Source: Vulcanimicrobiota bacterium
GTDB taxonomy: Bacteria > Vulcanimicrobiota > Vulcanimicrobiia > Vulcanimicrobiales > Vulcanimicrobiaceae
Direction of reading: 5' to 3'
Length of the DNA: 64,000 nt
NCBI GenBank assembly: GCA_963812155.1
Contig: CAWETW010000003.1
Span: forward strand, 192,001 to 256,000
The position numbers and the translations under genes were made by a program. Shown here in pieces: positions 22,463 through 33,931 of the stretch; the stretch's first letter is position 1, and every line of letters begins with the position of its first letter. A model generated the notes under the pieces. That model was not told the origin of the DNA, ran no database searches, and worked only from the letters and a program-made list of their open reading frames with translations.

Positions 22463-24012
22463 TGCTGGGAAGAGAATACGTGAAGAGGATTTGGATCTCG
22501 CTCGCATCGTTCGCGGTCGTCGCGGCGCTGGCCGTCTCGGGCGCCCGCGCCGCCGATGCACCGGCAGCCGCAGCGCAAGCACCGCCGCTGCCGCCCGCCG
22601 CACCCGATGCGGTGACGCAGCACGAGTATGCGCTCAATGGCCACACCCTTCCATACACGGCGCGCGCCGGAACGATTTCGCTTCAGAATCCGCAGGGCCA
22701 GACGACCTGCCGCATGTTCTACACCGCGTTCACGCTCGACGGCGGCAACCCGAGCACGCGGCCGGTGACGTTCTTCTACAACGGCGGCCCGGGCAGTTCG
22801 ACGATTTGGCTGCGGATGGGTTCGTTTGGACCGATGCGCGTCATCACCGGCAACACGAGCGCTAACGCGCCGTTCAATCTCGTCCCCAATCAATACTCGC
22901 TGCTCGACGCGAGCGATCTGGTCTTCGTCGACGCGCCGGGGACGGGCTTCAGCCGCATAGAGCCGCCGGGCAAACCGGACGAGTTCTACGGCGTGGATCA
23001 AGACATGCGCGCGTTCACGCAGTTCGTTTCGCGCTACGTCAGCACGTTCGGCCGCTGGAATTCGCCGAAGTTTCTCTTCGGCGAATCGTACGGTACGCCG
23101 CGCACGGCGGTGCTCGTCGACAATCTGCAGCGGCAGGGCGTCGGCGTCAACGGCGTCGTGCTGCTCTCGTCGGTTCTCGACTTCAACCTCGACTGGGACG
23201 TAAACTTTACGCCGGCCGCGATCGGCGGCGGCGACTGGGCGTATCCGCTCTACCTTCCGACCGAGGCGGCCGCGTCGTGGTATCACAACGCGCTGCCCGG
23301 CCCGCAAACGACGCTGCAGAGTTTGCTGCCCCAGGTCGAGCAGTTCGCGACCGGTGAATATCTCAACGCACTGGCGCAGGGTGCGAACTTGCCGCCGTCG
23401 ACCTACAACGACGTCGTTGCGAAGCTGCATCAATACACCGGACTCTCGACGCAATATATCCGGCTCTCGAACCTGCGCGTGCCGTACTGGCGCTATCTCA
23501 CCGAGCTCATGCGCAATCAGGGTCAAACGATGGGCCGCTACGACGCGCGCTTCACGTCGTACACGCTCGATCGGGTCGCCGACCGGCCGCAGTTCGACGC
23601 GACCGATTCGGCGATCGATGCCGCGTTCGTGGGTGCCGGAAATTATTACATCCGCCAGCTCTTACGCTACAATCCGCCGCTCGAATATACGCCGCTTGCC
23701 TTCGGCATCAACCGGCAGTGGGATTGGAAGCACAACGGCAATCTGCCGACCAACACCGCGCAGGATCTCGCCGAAGCAATGACCTTCAATCCCGGTCTGC
23801 GCGTCTTCTCGGCGAACGGCTACTACGACATGGCGACGCCGTTCTACGCGACGGTCTACACGCTCAACCACCTCAACCTCGAGCCGCCGCTGCAGAAGAA
23901 CATCACCTACGGCTTCTACGAATCGGGGCACATGGTGTATCTCCATCCGGAAGCGCTCGCGCAGTTCCACACCGATTTGGAACGCTGGTACGCCGAGGTA
24001 CTCCACCACTAA
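22462..24012 (+). CDS. Secreted serine carboxypeptidase (peptidase S10), paralog 2
   Basis: Same catalytic motifs; TAATG overlap with upstream paralog (alternative GTG start at 22480). Confidence 0.9.
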   Translation: MLGREYVKRIWISLASFAVVAALAVSGARAADAPAAAAQAPPLPPAAPDAVTQHEYALNGHTLPYTARAGTISLQNPQGQTTCRMFYTAFTLDGGNPSTRPVTFFYNGGPGSSTIWLRMGSFGPMRVITGNTSANAPFNLVPNQYSLLDASDLVFVDAPGTGFSRIEPPGKPDEFYGVDQDMRAFTQFVSRYVSTFGRWNSPKFLFGESYGTPRTAVLVDNLQRQGVGVNGVVLLSSVLDFNLDWDVNFTPAAIGGGDWAYPLYLPTEAAASWYHNALPGPQTTLQSLLPQVEQFATGEYLNALAQGANLPPSTYNDVVAKLHQYTGLSTQYIRLSNLRVPYWRYLTELMRNQGQTMGRYDARFTSYTLDRVADRPQFDATDSAIDAAFVGAGNYYIRQLLRYNPPLEYTPLAFGINRQWDWKHNGNLPTNTAQDLAEAMTFNPGLRVFSANGYYDMATPFYATVYTLNHLNLEPPLQKNITYGFYESGHMVYLHPEALAQFHTDLERWYAEVLHH

Positions 24013-24021
24013 TCGACGCCC

Positions 24022-24100
24022 GGTGTCAGGCTGAGCGCAGCGTGCCACCCGCCTGTGTCATCCTGAGCGAAGCGCCGTAGGCGCGCAGTCGAAGGACGGC
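24022..24100 (+). repeat. REP-like palindromic element
   Basis: TGTCATCCTGAGCGAAGCGCCGTAGGCGCGCAGTCGAAGGA between convergent genes; related copies at 33033 and 35972. Confidence 0.75.
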
Positions 24101-24105
24101 GCTAG

Positions 24106-27100
24106 TTACGGTGCGAGTTGCAGGCCTTCGAGGCGCGCGAGCGTCTTCGCGTAGATCGCTTGCAGCTTGCGGAAACCTGAAACCATATCGTGCGTCGGCG
24201 CGGAGTCGGCGCTTTCGACGGCGCTTTCGAGATAGTCGAGCGCATTCGACAGATACAGGAAGCTCGTGAAGTCGTGCGAGTAGCTGCCCTCGGAGTCGTC
24301 GGGATTCGCAGGCGGAGCTTCGCCGGCGATTTCAACGCGCAGCGCGCGCGCCTTCGCAGCCGGCAACGAGGTGCGTTCGAGTGCCTGCGCCTTGGCGCGT
24401 GAGTCCGCGACGCGCGCCTGCAGCGCTTCGATTTCTTGCGCCAGCGCATACTGCGCGCGCAGATCGGCGTCGCTGCCTTCGATGCGCGGATCGCGCACGA
24501 CGCGCAACGGACGCTCGAGCGTTTTGCCGTTTACGGTAAGCCGGACGGTGTACGCCCCCGGAGGCGCAAGCGGGCCGGTTGCGTCCTTCACGTGGAAGTC
24601 CCATACGAACCGGTGCGCGCCGCCGTCCGCCGAAGGCGGCTGCTCGAGCGCTATCCACGATGGAACGACGGTAATTTTCTTTGCGTCGACCGTCTGCGGT
24701 TTGTCGGCGCTCGACCAGCGCCGCAGCACCGAGCCGTTCGCTTCCACGATTTCAATGACGACCGGCGTGCGCGCCGGCGACGCCAGATAATAGTCGAGCA
24801 TTGCGCCGGTCTCCGGATTTTCCGCGTAGGCCTCGTCGCGCGGCAGCGGCGTGCTCTCGTCGTTGCCGGGGCGCAGCCGGTAGGCCGCATCCGGCGCGAA
24901 TAAATAATCTCCGCTCGCGGCTAAGGCGTCCGCACGTTGGCGCAGCGGCGCCACGCCGTCGAGCACCCAGAACGCGCGACCGTGCGTGGCGATGGCCACG
25001 TCGTTGCCGTGCACGACGATATCGCGTACCGATGTGACCGGAAGGTTGAGCTGCAGCGATTGCCAATGCGCGCCGTCGTCGTACGAAACGTAGACGCCTT
25101 TTTCAGTTCCGGCATACAGCAAGCCGCGCCGTTGCGGATCTTCGCGTACGACGTTGACGAAGGAGCCGTTCGGAATTCCCGACGCGATCGCCGTCCACGT
25201 CGCGCCGTCGTCGCCGGTGCGATAGATGTACGCCGCGTAGTCTTCGAGGCGATGGCGATCGATCGCGGCGTACGCGGCGTGCGTATCGAAATGCGACGCC
25301 TCGATCGTTCCCACTTTACTCCACGACGTCAGCGCCGGCGGCGTCACGTTGCGCCAGTGCGCTGCGCCGTCGCGCGTCAGCCATACCAGGCCGTCGTCGG
25401 TGCCCGCCCACACTACGCCGGCGCGCAACGGCGACGGAGCGATCGTATAGACGACGCCGTGGCGCGAAACGCCGTTCGTGTCGGCCAGCGTCACGGGATC
25501 GAGGTTTGCCGGCGTCCCTTCCGACGCGCGCGAAAGATCGGGCGAGACCACCTGCCAGCTCTTGCCGCCGTTGCGCGACCGGAAAATGCGCTGATGGCTG
25601 ACGTAGAGCGCGTGCGGATCGGCCGGTGAAAAGACGATCGGCAGCGTCCAGGTATTCCGCCACAGCGTATCGGGATAGTTGAGCGTCGGATCCACGTTCA
25701 ATTCCCAGCCGGTGTCGACGCGTTCGGCGGTGACGGTGCCTCCGTACACGAGCCCGGGATGTTTGAGATCGGGCGCGATTTCGCCGCTTTCGCCGCCGGC
25801 GTCGATGGGACGAAACTCCCAGTTCGAAATTTCCGCGTATTTGCTGCGCGTCGGCTGCATCGCGGCGCCGGAATCCTGTTGCGCACCGTAGACCCAAAAC
25901 GGAAAGTGGTCGTCGGCCGCGATGTGATAGAATTGCCCCGTCGCCTGGTTATACCACGAACTCCACGTCGCCGCGCCGTCGACGCTGACGACGACGCCTT
26001 GATCGCTGCCGAGAATCATTCGCGACGGATCGTTCGGCTCGATCCACAACGTGTGATAGTCGTCGCCGCCGGGAGCGCCTTTGAGCGCGTCAAAACTTTT
26101 GCCGCCGTCGGTCGAGCGATACGCCGACGTGTTCATGACGTAGACGGTGCCGGCGTTTTTCGGATCGGCGGTAATGCCGCCGAAGTACCAGCCGCGTTGC
26201 CAAATGCGCCGTTCCCCGTCGGTGTGGGTCCAGGTAGCCCCCGCATCGTCCGAACGATAGACGCCGCCGTGTGCGACGTCGGAGTCGACCATTGCGTACA
26301 CGCGCGCGGGATTTGCCGGCGAGATTGCAATGCCGATGTGGCCTACTTTGGCGGGCAAGCCCGCGCTCAAGCGCGTCCACGTCGCACCGGCATCGGTCGA
26401 TTTGAAGAGGCCGCTGCCCGGACCGTTCGACGGCGGATACACGTTCCAAGGCGGCCGGCGCGTTGCCCAGAGCGCCGCGTACACGACGTTCGGACTGCTC
26501 GGATCGAGTGCCAGCGAAATCGCGCCCGTGTCGGGATCTTTATAGAGTACCTTGCTCCACGACTTTCCGCCGTCGATGGTTTTGAAGACGCCGCGTTCGG
26601 CGTTGGGCCCGTATTGATGCCCGAGTGCCGCAACGTATGCGACGTCGGCATTGCGCGGATCCACGACGATGCTGCCGATTTGGCGCGTATCGTCGAGCCC
26701 GATGTGCGTCCACGTCTTTCCGGCGTCGGTCGATTTGTAGACCCCGTTGCCGTAGGCGATGTCGGACCGCATGTCGGCTTCGCCGCTGCCTACGTACACG
26801 ACGCGCGGATTGCTCGGGCGCAACCGCAATCGCGCCGATGGAACCGATTGGCTGGGAGTCGAAAATCGGCGTCCACGTCCGTCCGGCGTTACGGCTTTCC
26901 CACACGCCGCCGTCGACCGAACCGAAGTAGAAGTGCTCGGGGTCGCCGGGAACGCCCGTTACGGCGAGCGCGCGCCCGCCGCGAAACGGCCCGATGAGGC
27001 GCCAGTGCAGTCCGCCGGTAGTCGAAGCGACGTTGGAAACCTCGCCGGCGCGAGCGAGGCTGCCGCCGGAAGCGAAGACGAAAACGAGCGCGAGCGCAAA

Positions 27101-27118
27101 AACAAAGCAGCGATACAT
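24106..27118 (-). CDS. Secreted VPS10/BNR (Asp-box) repeat glycosyl hydrolase-like protein (frameshift near 26817)
   Basis: Signal peptide; WRLIGPFRGGR; many S/T-x-D-x-G-x-T/S-W Asp-boxes. Confidence 0.88.
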
Positions 27119-27165
27119 AATCGCTGCTTACGAACCCTCGCTACAAAATCACTCCTGGGGCTTCC

Positions 27166-28211
27166 CTACCAGCCGCCGCCGGAGTCGCCGCCTCCGCCTC
27201 CGCCGCCACCGAAGTCGCCTCCGCCGAAGCCGCCGGCGTCACCGCCGCCGCCGAAGCCTCCGCCGCCCCAATCTCCGGCATTGCCGGCCCCGGATTGGCC
27301 GGCGTCGCTCTGCCAGCCGCCGCCGGCATCGCCGCCGCCGCCACCCCAACCGCCGCCGGCGTCGGGAGCAGACGTCTGCCCCGCATCGGCAGGGCCGATC
27401 GCGCGCCGCCGCGATTGCCGAACATTTCGTTGCCCAGCCACGCGCCGCCGAGGCCGCCGAGCAATCCGCTCCAGAAGCTTCCGCCGCCGCCGTAACCGCC
27501 GCCGCCGAAACCACCATAGCCGGGACCGTAACCGGCGGGGGGCATTCCGCCCGGCGCTCCGGGCGTTCCCGGAGGCGCTCCCGGCGGTCCGGAGTAGCGC
27601 GGCGTGGACAGCGCGCGCATCACCGAACGCAGAATCAAGAAGCCGACGACGATGATGATGATCCACCAGAACATTGAAAGGTGTACTCCCGTGCGCGTCG
27701 CTACGGCGGATCGCGTCGCCGGCACGCCGGTCGACGAGCCGGATTGACGCAGGCTTCCGGCGTGCGCGCGATAGACGTTGAGCACGCCGCCGACCGCGCT
27801 CGTGATTCCGGGGTCGAAGTCCCCGCTGCGGAACTGCGATTCCATCGTCGTGCGAATCGACTGCAGCACGTCGGGCGTGAACCAGCCTGCTTGTGAGCCC
27901 GCACGGTCGGGGACGATGATGTCGCGGCGGTCGTCGCGCGCGATGAAGATGAGGACCCCGTTGACCGCCTGCTGCGAGAAGGCGGTGTTCGCCGCGTCCT
28001 GCAGCGTCGCGCTGCCCAGCGACGGGACCGTCATGACGACGACTTCCTTGCCGGTTTGCGCGTTGAAGTTTCCGATGCGCTCGTTCAACGACGAGACGGT
28101 CGAAGCCGAAAACATGCCGGCCTGATCCTGCACGAAGTCGCGGGCAGCCGCCGGCAGAGCCGCCAGCGTCACGGCGAGAACGAGGCCTGCGAGGGCAAAC
28201 GAGCGCTTCAT
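27166..28211 (-). CDS. TPM domain membrane protein with Gly-rich tail (frameshift near 27400)
   Basis: Signal peptide, VQDQAGMFS TPM start, TM helix, tail ending GGGGGDSGGGW in a second frame. Confidence 0.82.
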
Positions 28212-28927
28212 CGAGTCGAGATCCTCCGGGCGTTTCTACCTTTGGGCCTCTGCGAAGTTTCGCCGCGGCGCACCTCCCCCGTGGCGCTTCCTTCCTCGTC
28301 GAAACCGTGGCGGACGTGAGCGTCGAGCACCGCGCGCGCCGCCGGAAAATCGCCGCGTTCGGCCGCATCGAGCATCGCGTCGTGCTCTTCGGCGAGTTCC
28401 TCCGCGCGACGGTAGCGGGCGCTGGTCACCCGAATGTAGAGCCGAATTTGCGCGAGCAGACTTTCATAGGCGCGATCCAGCATGGTGTTGCCCGCCGAGG
28501 CGACGAGCGCACGGTGCATGTCGAGATCGGCGCCGGCGATGCGCGCCCGGTCGCGCGTCCGCAACGCGCGCCGAAGCGCCGCGACCTGCGCGCGCAGTGC
28601 CGGCAGTGCCGCGGCGTCGTCGCGCTCGATCAAGCGTTCGAGCGCGAACCGTTCGAGTGCCAGCCGGAACTCGGTGAGTTCGACGAAACGCCGGCGCTGC
28701 AGCGGCACGACGATCGCACCCCGATAGGGCAGGATCGCGATAAGGCCTTCTTCCGAAAGCCGCAGCAGCGCTTCGCGCACGGGGCTGCGGCTGACGCCGA
28801 ATTCGCGGGCGACCTCGAGTTCGACGATGCGCGAACCGGGCGCGGCGGCGCCGCCGGCGATGCGCTCGCGCAGCAAATCGGCGACGCGCGTTGCGGTCGA
28901 CGTCCGTTCCAGGACACCGGCGCTCAT
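28208..28927 (-). CDS. GntR family transcriptional regulator (FCD)
   Basis: FGVSRSPVREALLRL HTH; FCD-type H..LV.SAGN...EH motifs. Confidence 0.9.
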   Translation of the reverse strand: MSAGVLERTSTATRVADLLRERIAGGAAAPGSRIVELEVAREFGVSRSPVREALLRLSEEGLIAILPYRGAIVVPLQRRRFVELTEFRLALERFALERLIERDDAAALPALRAQVAALRRALRTRDRARIAGADLDMHRALVASAGNTMLDRAYESLLAQIRLYIRVTSARYRRAEELAEEHDAMLDAAERGDFPAARAVLDAHVRHGFDEEGSATGEVRRGETSQRPKGRNARRISTR

Positions 28928-30273
28928 CGCACGCCCGCCGCGCGGCGGCCGGCCGCAAACCACGCCCATCCTAACGCTAAGAAGGCGAGAAAGTAGTAGA
29001 CGAACCATCGCTGCGGCGCGGCCGGCACCGAGTAGAACAGCATGACCGCAGGAACGAGCAGCAGCACCACGGCGAGCACCGAAATGGCGAAGTCGGCCGA
29101 GCGGAGCTCGCCGCGCCGCTTCACGTAGACGCCGGCAGCGATCGAGATCAACGCGTAGATCACGACGAAGCCGAACGAACTCAACGTGCCGCAGTTGTTG
29201 AAGATGTCGATCGGCGCTACGCCGCCGAGCAGCGACGCGCCGGTGACGATGAAGGTCAGCACGGTGACGACGGTGACCGCGACGTTCGGCGTGTCGTGAC
29301 GCGGCTCGATGCGCGCGAAGGCCGCGGGCAGTAAACCGGAGTTCGCCATCGCATAGGCTACGCGGCCGCCGGTCGTGATGCACGCCAGGCAGACGGAAAA
29401 GGCGCTGCAAAGCGCGCCGATGGCGATCGGCACGAGGAAGTATCCGGCATGGAAGATGCCGGCGAGCGTGCCGAGCGGAAACGTTTCTTTGTCGAGCGGC
29501 GGCGCGGCGTGGCGCAAGCCGAGAATTTCGGCGTACGTCGCGATGATGAAGAAGATGCTCGCGAAGATGACGCTGCCGAGAACGGCGCGCGGAATCGTCA
29601 CCAACGGATTCTTGGCCTCGGCGCCAAAGGCCGTCGCGCTTTCGAAGCCGACGAAACTGAAAACGGCGAACATGATGGCCAAGCCGATGCCGCCGGGAAA
29701 TCCGCCTTGAATCTTCAGCTGTGCGACGTCGATGGACGGCCCGTGCTTGACGAGCACGATCGCGACGAGCACCGTAATGACGGCCACCGAGATGGCTTCG
29801 AGCACGAGCATCACAATGGCGGAAACCTGCACGCCGCGATACGCGAGCAGCCACGCGACGAGCGCCATGACGGCGGCGATGGCAATTGCAGGCACGTGCA
29901 TGCCTCCCAAGCCGAGCAAAATTTGCACGAAGAGCGCCATCGCGCCGAGCGTCGCCGCCGCAACGAATCCGTAGGCCCACAGCAGCGACCAGCCCGCCAT
30001 CGCGCCGGCGGTCGAGCCCAGATTTTCGGCGACGTAGCCGTAGAGCGATCCGGCGGCGCTCGACCGCCGTGCGAACTGATTGATGTTCAGCGCGACGAAG
30101 ACGAGCATTATACCGCCGAAGAGGTACGCGAGCCACGTTCCGTTGCCGGCGTTTGCGTACATGTACGGTGCGATGAGAATCGGCGTCATGCTCGGCCCGA
30201 TGAGCGCGATCGACGTGGCGAGCACCTCGAGAAACGTCAGCGAGCCTGCGCGGAGTGCGGCCGGTTCGGTCAT
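28924..30273 (-). CDS. APC family amino acid permease
   Basis: About 12 TM helices; FSFVGFE motif. Confidence 0.9.
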   Translation of the reverse strand: MTEPAALRAGSLTFLEVLATSIALIGPSMTPILIAPYMYANAGNGTWLAYLFGGIMLVFVALNINQFARRSSAAGSLYGYVAENLGSTAGAMAGWSLLWAYGFVAAATLGAMALFVQILLGLGGMHVPAIAIAAVMALVAWLLAYRGVQVSAIVMLVLEAISVAVITVLVAIVLVKHGPSIDVAQLKIQGGFPGGIGLAIMFAVFSFVGFESATAFGAEAKNPLVTIPRAVLGSVIFASIFFIIATYAEILGLRHAAPPLDKETFPLGTLAGIFHAGYFLVPIAIGALCSAFSVCLACITTGGRVAYAMANSGLLPAAFARIEPRHDTPNVAVTVVTVLTFIVTGASLLGGVAPIDIFNNCGTLSSFGFVVIYALISIAAGVYVKRRGELRSADFAISVLAVVLLLVPAVMLFYSVPAAPQRWFVYYFLAFLALGWAWFAAGRRAAGVR

Positions 30274-31670
30274 CGCGATTCCGGCCAGCGGCTGATGACG
30301 ACGCGCTGCTGGGTGTAGAATGCCACCGCATCTTTTCCGTGGCAGCGCAGATCGCCGAAGATCGAATCCTTCACCCCGCCGAAGGGAAAGAATGCCATCG
30401 GCGCGGCGACGCCGACGTTGACGCCGACCATGCCCACTTCGATGCGCGACGCGAACGTGCGCGCCGCGCCCCCGTCGGCGGTGAAGATCGAGGAGGCGTT
30501 GCCGTAACGCGATGCGTTCGCCACCGCAAGTGCGTCGTCGAGCGAAGCGACGCGCACGATTGCCAGCACCGGCCCGAAAATCTCTTCACGCGCAAGTTCG
30601 CTCGATGCGTCGACGCGATCGAAGATGACCGGCGAGAGAAAGGATCCGTCGCGCGGCGCCGGCTTCGGCCCCAGCAGCAGACGCGCGCCGCTCGCGAGCG
30701 CTCGCTCGACATAAGCGCTGATGCGCGTCATGGCGTCGTCGCTGACGACCGGCCCCATATCCACGGATCCGTCGGTACCGTGCCCGAGCCGCAGATTCGT
30801 CGCAGCCTCGACCAGCAGCGGCGCGAGCCGATCGCCGGCGTCACCGACGGCGACGACGACCGATCCGGCGAGACAACGTTGCCCGGCGCCGCCGAAGGCC
30901 GACGCGACGATTCCCGAGATCGTCGCCGGCGTAACGCCGTCGGGCATCACGACGAGGTAATTCTTTGCGCCGCCGAGAGCCTGCACGCGTTTGTGCGCGC
31001 GGGAAGCCTGCTCGTGCACGCTGCGCGCCACCGCCGACGATCCGACGAACGACACCGCTGCGATGCCGGGATGGGCGACGAGCGCTTGCGCGGTTTGCGT
31101 TCCGCCGTGCACGACGGTGAGCAGGTGCGGCGGGAAACCGCACGCTTCGGCCGCGCTTGCGATCAGGTCGGCGGTGAGCGGAGTCTGCGGGGACGGCTTG
31201 AGGACGAACGTATTTCCGGCGGCGATCGCGATGGGCGCCATCCACAGCGGAATCATCGCCGGAAAGTTAAACGGCGTGATGCCGGCGCAGACGCCGAGCG
31301 GATAGCGCACGGAAATCGAGTCGATGCCGCGCGCTACGTCGGGAAGCGCATCGCCCATCATCAGCGACGGCATGCCGCACGCGAACTCCACGGCTTCGAT
31401 GCCGCGCCGCACTTCGGCGCGCGCATCGGCGATCGTCTTGCCGTTCTCGCGGGCGACCGAGACCGAGAGTTCTTCGTGCCGCCGTTCGAGTGCGTCGGCA
31501 AAACGGAACATCAGCCGCGCGCGCTCCACGACCGGAACGCGCGACCACGTTTCGAACGCCTCGCGCGCGTGTGACACCACGCGATCGATCTCGGCGGTAC
31601 CGCTCTCGGGAACCGTTCCGATCACCTCGCGCGTCGCGGGATCGAGAACCGGCAGTTGCGCGGATGTCAT
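30270..31670 (-). CDS. mmsA: CoA-acylating (methyl)malonate-semialdehyde dehydrogenase
   Basis: ITPFNFPAMIPLW, KRVQALGGAKN, GGAGQRCLA, EEIFGP motifs. Confidence 0.88.
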   Translation of the reverse strand: MTSAQLPVLDPATREVIGTVPESGTAEIDRVVSHAREAFETWSRVPVVERARLMFRFADALERRHEELSVSVARENGKTIADARAEVRRGIEAVEFACGMPSLMMGDALPDVARGIDSISVRYPLGVCAGITPFNFPAMIPLWMAPIAIAAGNTFVLKPSPQTPLTADLIASAAEACGFPPHLLTVVHGGTQTAQALVAHPGIAAVSFVGSSAVARSVHEQASRAHKRVQALGGAKNYLVVMPDGVTPATISGIVASAFGGAGQRCLAGSVVVAVGDAGDRLAPLLVEAATNLRLGHGTDGSVDMGPVVSDDAMTRISAYVERALASGARLLLGPKPAPRDGSFLSPVIFDRVDASSELAREEIFGPVLAIVRVASLDDALAVANASRYGNASSIFTADGGAARTFASRIEVGMVGVNVGVAAPMAFFPFGGVKDSIFGDLRCHGKDAVAFYTQQRVVISRWPESR

Positions 31671-32995
31671 GCTGCCTCCAATTTCGTCAGCGACGCGTCG
31701 AGCAGTTCGGCCGCTTCGTCGAGTTCGGCGTCGCCGGCGATCAACGGCGGCGCAATCACGACCGCGTTATACCGGCCGAAGACGTAGAGTCCGCGGGCGA
31801 GCGCGTCGGCGAAAAATGCGTTGAGCGACTCTTTTCCTTGCCACGCGACCAACGGCTCGCGCGATTCCCGATCGCGCACGAGTTCCAATCCGAAGAAGGC
31901 GCCGACGCCCCGCACCTCGCCGATCGTGCGGTGGCGCCGCTGCAGTTCGTCGAGGCGCGCGCGCAGCGGCCGTTCCATTTCTCTCGCACGTTCGAAGATG
32001 CGCTCCTCGCGATATGCGTCGAGCGTTGCAACGCCCGCCGCCATTCCCAACGGATGGCCGCTGAAGGTGTGGCCGCTCGGAAGCGGGTGCGCGTCGAAGT
32101 GCGACGCGAGCGGCTCGCGCACCGCAACGCCGCCGAGCGGAACGTACGCCGACGTCACGCCTTTGGCGAACGTGAACATGTCGGGCACCACGCCGAAGCG
32201 TTCCGACGCAAACGCGGCGCCGGTGCGGCCGAAGCCGGTCATCACCTCGTCGAAAACCAGCAGAATACCGTGGCGATCGCACAGCGCGCGCAGGCCCTGC
32301 AGGTAGCCTTCGGGATAAACGACGACGCCGTTCGATCCGACGACGGGTTCGATCAGCAGCGCTGCGATGCGGTCGCCGCCTTCGTACGTGACGATTTCCT
32401 CGAGGTGCGCGAGCGCGCGTTCGCATTCTTCGGCGGCATCGCGCGTGAAGAACGGGCTGCGATACGGAAACGGCGCAAAGAAGCGCACGACGCCGGGAAG
32501 GCCGGGCTCGTTCGGCCAGCGCCGGTTCTCGCCGGTCAGCGTGCCCGCGCCCGGCGCCGATCCGTGGAACGACCGGTACGCGGTGAGCACTTTGTGACGC
32601 CCGGTGATGGCGCGCGCGAACTTGACGGCGTCTTCGTTGGCTTCACCACCGCCGGTCGTGAAGAAGACGCGGCCCTCGCCGTTCCACGGGCCGATCTCGG
32701 CGATCGCTTGCGCGAGCCGCGCCCGATTCTCGTCGCCGAAGCTCGGCGGCGCATATCCGAGTCGCGCGGCCTGTTCGCCGATCGCTTTCGCGACGCCGGC
32801 GTGCCCGTGGCCGAGGTTGACCGCCACGAGTCCCGAGACGAAATCGAGATAGCGCTTTCCGCGGTCGTCGTAGAGGTAGCAGCCCTCGCCCCTAACGATC
32901 GTCGGCGGCCGCCGGTTGCCTTGCGCGACCCAGGGGGTTAACACGTGACGAGCGTGGACGTCGGCTGGGTCTTCGTTCAATACGGTTTTCGACAT
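31667..32995 (-). CDS. Class III PLP aminotransferase (omega-amino acid type)
   Basis: GGGEANE, SFHG, DEVMTGFGRTG, FAKGVTS, GHTFSGHP motifs. Confidence 0.9.
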   Translation of the reverse strand: MSKTVLNEDPADVHARHVLTPWVAQGNRRPPTIVRGEGCYLYDDRGKRYLDFVSGLVAVNLGHGHAGVAKAIGEQAARLGYAPPSFGDENRARLAQAIAEIGPWNGEGRVFFTTGGGEANEDAVKFARAITGRHKVLTAYRSFHGSAPGAGTLTGENRRWPNEPGLPGVVRFFAPFPYRSPFFTRDAAEECERALAHLEEIVTYEGGDRIAALLIEPVVGSNGVVVYPEGYLQGLRALCDRHGILLVFDEVMTGFGRTGAAFASERFGVVPDMFTFAKGVTSAYVPLGGVAVREPLASHFDAHPLPSGHTFSGHPLGMAAGVATLDAYREERIFERAREMERPLRARLDELQRRHRTIGEVRGVGAFFGLELVRDRESREPLVAWQGKESLNAFFADALARGLYVFGRYNAVVIAPPLIAGDAELDEAAELLDASLTKLEAA

Positions 32996-33032
32996 GGGGC
33001 CAGGTATTGCACATTGTCGACAATCCTCCCCC

Positions 33033-33108
33033 GTGTGATCCTGAGCCCTTCGACTCGCTGCGCTCGCTCAGGACAGGCTCCGCGCCGGGGGCGCGCAGTC
33101 GAAGGACG
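33033..33108. repeat. Nested REP-like element
   Basis: Outer copy TGTGATCCTGAGC...GCGCGCAGTCGAAGGA interrupted by inverted copy CCTTCGACTCGCTGCGCTCGCTCAGGACA. Confidence 0.7.
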
Positions 33109-33117
33109 CGCGTCAGT

Positions 33118-33921
33118 CTAGGAAGCTCGCTGTGCCCTCGTAAGCAAGTACGTGTGATGGACGACGTTGTCGCTGTAATGCGGCGCGGCGAGCGCTTCGA
33201 ATTCTTCTCGAATCGCGGCAAGCCGCTGCGGATCGTCAGCCAGACTCTCGACGAGTTTTTGGAACGGTCCAACCGAGCTTTCGACGAATCCGCGATAGTG
33301 TCGTAAACTGAGCGCCGGCCAAATCATCACGCCGCTTTCGAACGAGGGCGCGCCGAAGTTGCCCGCGAGCCGCTCGGTAATGATTGACCGAACTCCCCAT
33401 TTTGGCGGCGGCTCGGCGCCGGGCGGCGGCGGGGGCGAGTTGCGACCGATGAACTGGAAGATCTGACCGATGAGCTCCTCGGGCGGCCACGTCGCAAATG
33501 CAACGCGGCCGTCTGGTTTGAGCACCCGGCGGATCTCGGCTACCACGACGTCGGGCCGCGGCGCGAACATGTGACCGAACTGACTGAGCACGACGTCGAA
33601 CGACGCATCGGGATAAGGAAGTCTCTCCGCGTCGCCCTCGGTCCATGCAACGTCGACGCCCGCGACCTTTGAGTTCTGCACGGCCTCTTGCAGCAACGCC
33701 GGCGTCAAATCGAGAGCGCTGACGCGTGCACCCGCGTTCGCCGCAGTAATTGCAGCAACGCCCGTCCCCGTACCGATGTCGAGCACCGTCTCGCCGCTCG
33801 CCACGCCGGCGAAGCCGACCAAATGCGCTGCAACCGGCGTTGTAAACATCGCCGTGGGCGCAAACGAGCCCCACATCTCGCGCTGCCGTTGCTTGAGTGC
33901 TGCAAAAGCGTCCGATTCCAT
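33118..33921 (-). CDS. Class I SAM-dependent methyltransferase
   Basis: VLDIGTGTG, GDAERLPYPDASFDVV motifs; AAGGAG SD. Confidence 0.9.
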   Translation of the reverse strand: MESDAFAALKQRQREMWGSFAPTAMFTTPVAAHLVGFAGVASGETVLDIGTGTGVAAITAANAGARVSALDLTPALLQEAVQNSKVAGVDVAWTEGDAERLPYPDASFDVVLSQFGHMFAPRPDVVVAEIRRVLKPDGRVAFATWPPEELIGQIFQFIGRNSPPPPPGAEPPPKWGVRSIITERLAGNFGAPSFESGVMIWPALSLRHYRGFVESSVGPFQKLVESLADDPQRLAAIREEFEALAAPHYSDNVVHHTYLLTRAQRAS

Positions 33922-33931
33922 AAGTTCTCCT

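Noticed and set aside
27166..27600. GC-rich low-complexity repeat
   Set aside because: Encodes the ordinary Gly/Pro-rich tail of a TPM protein
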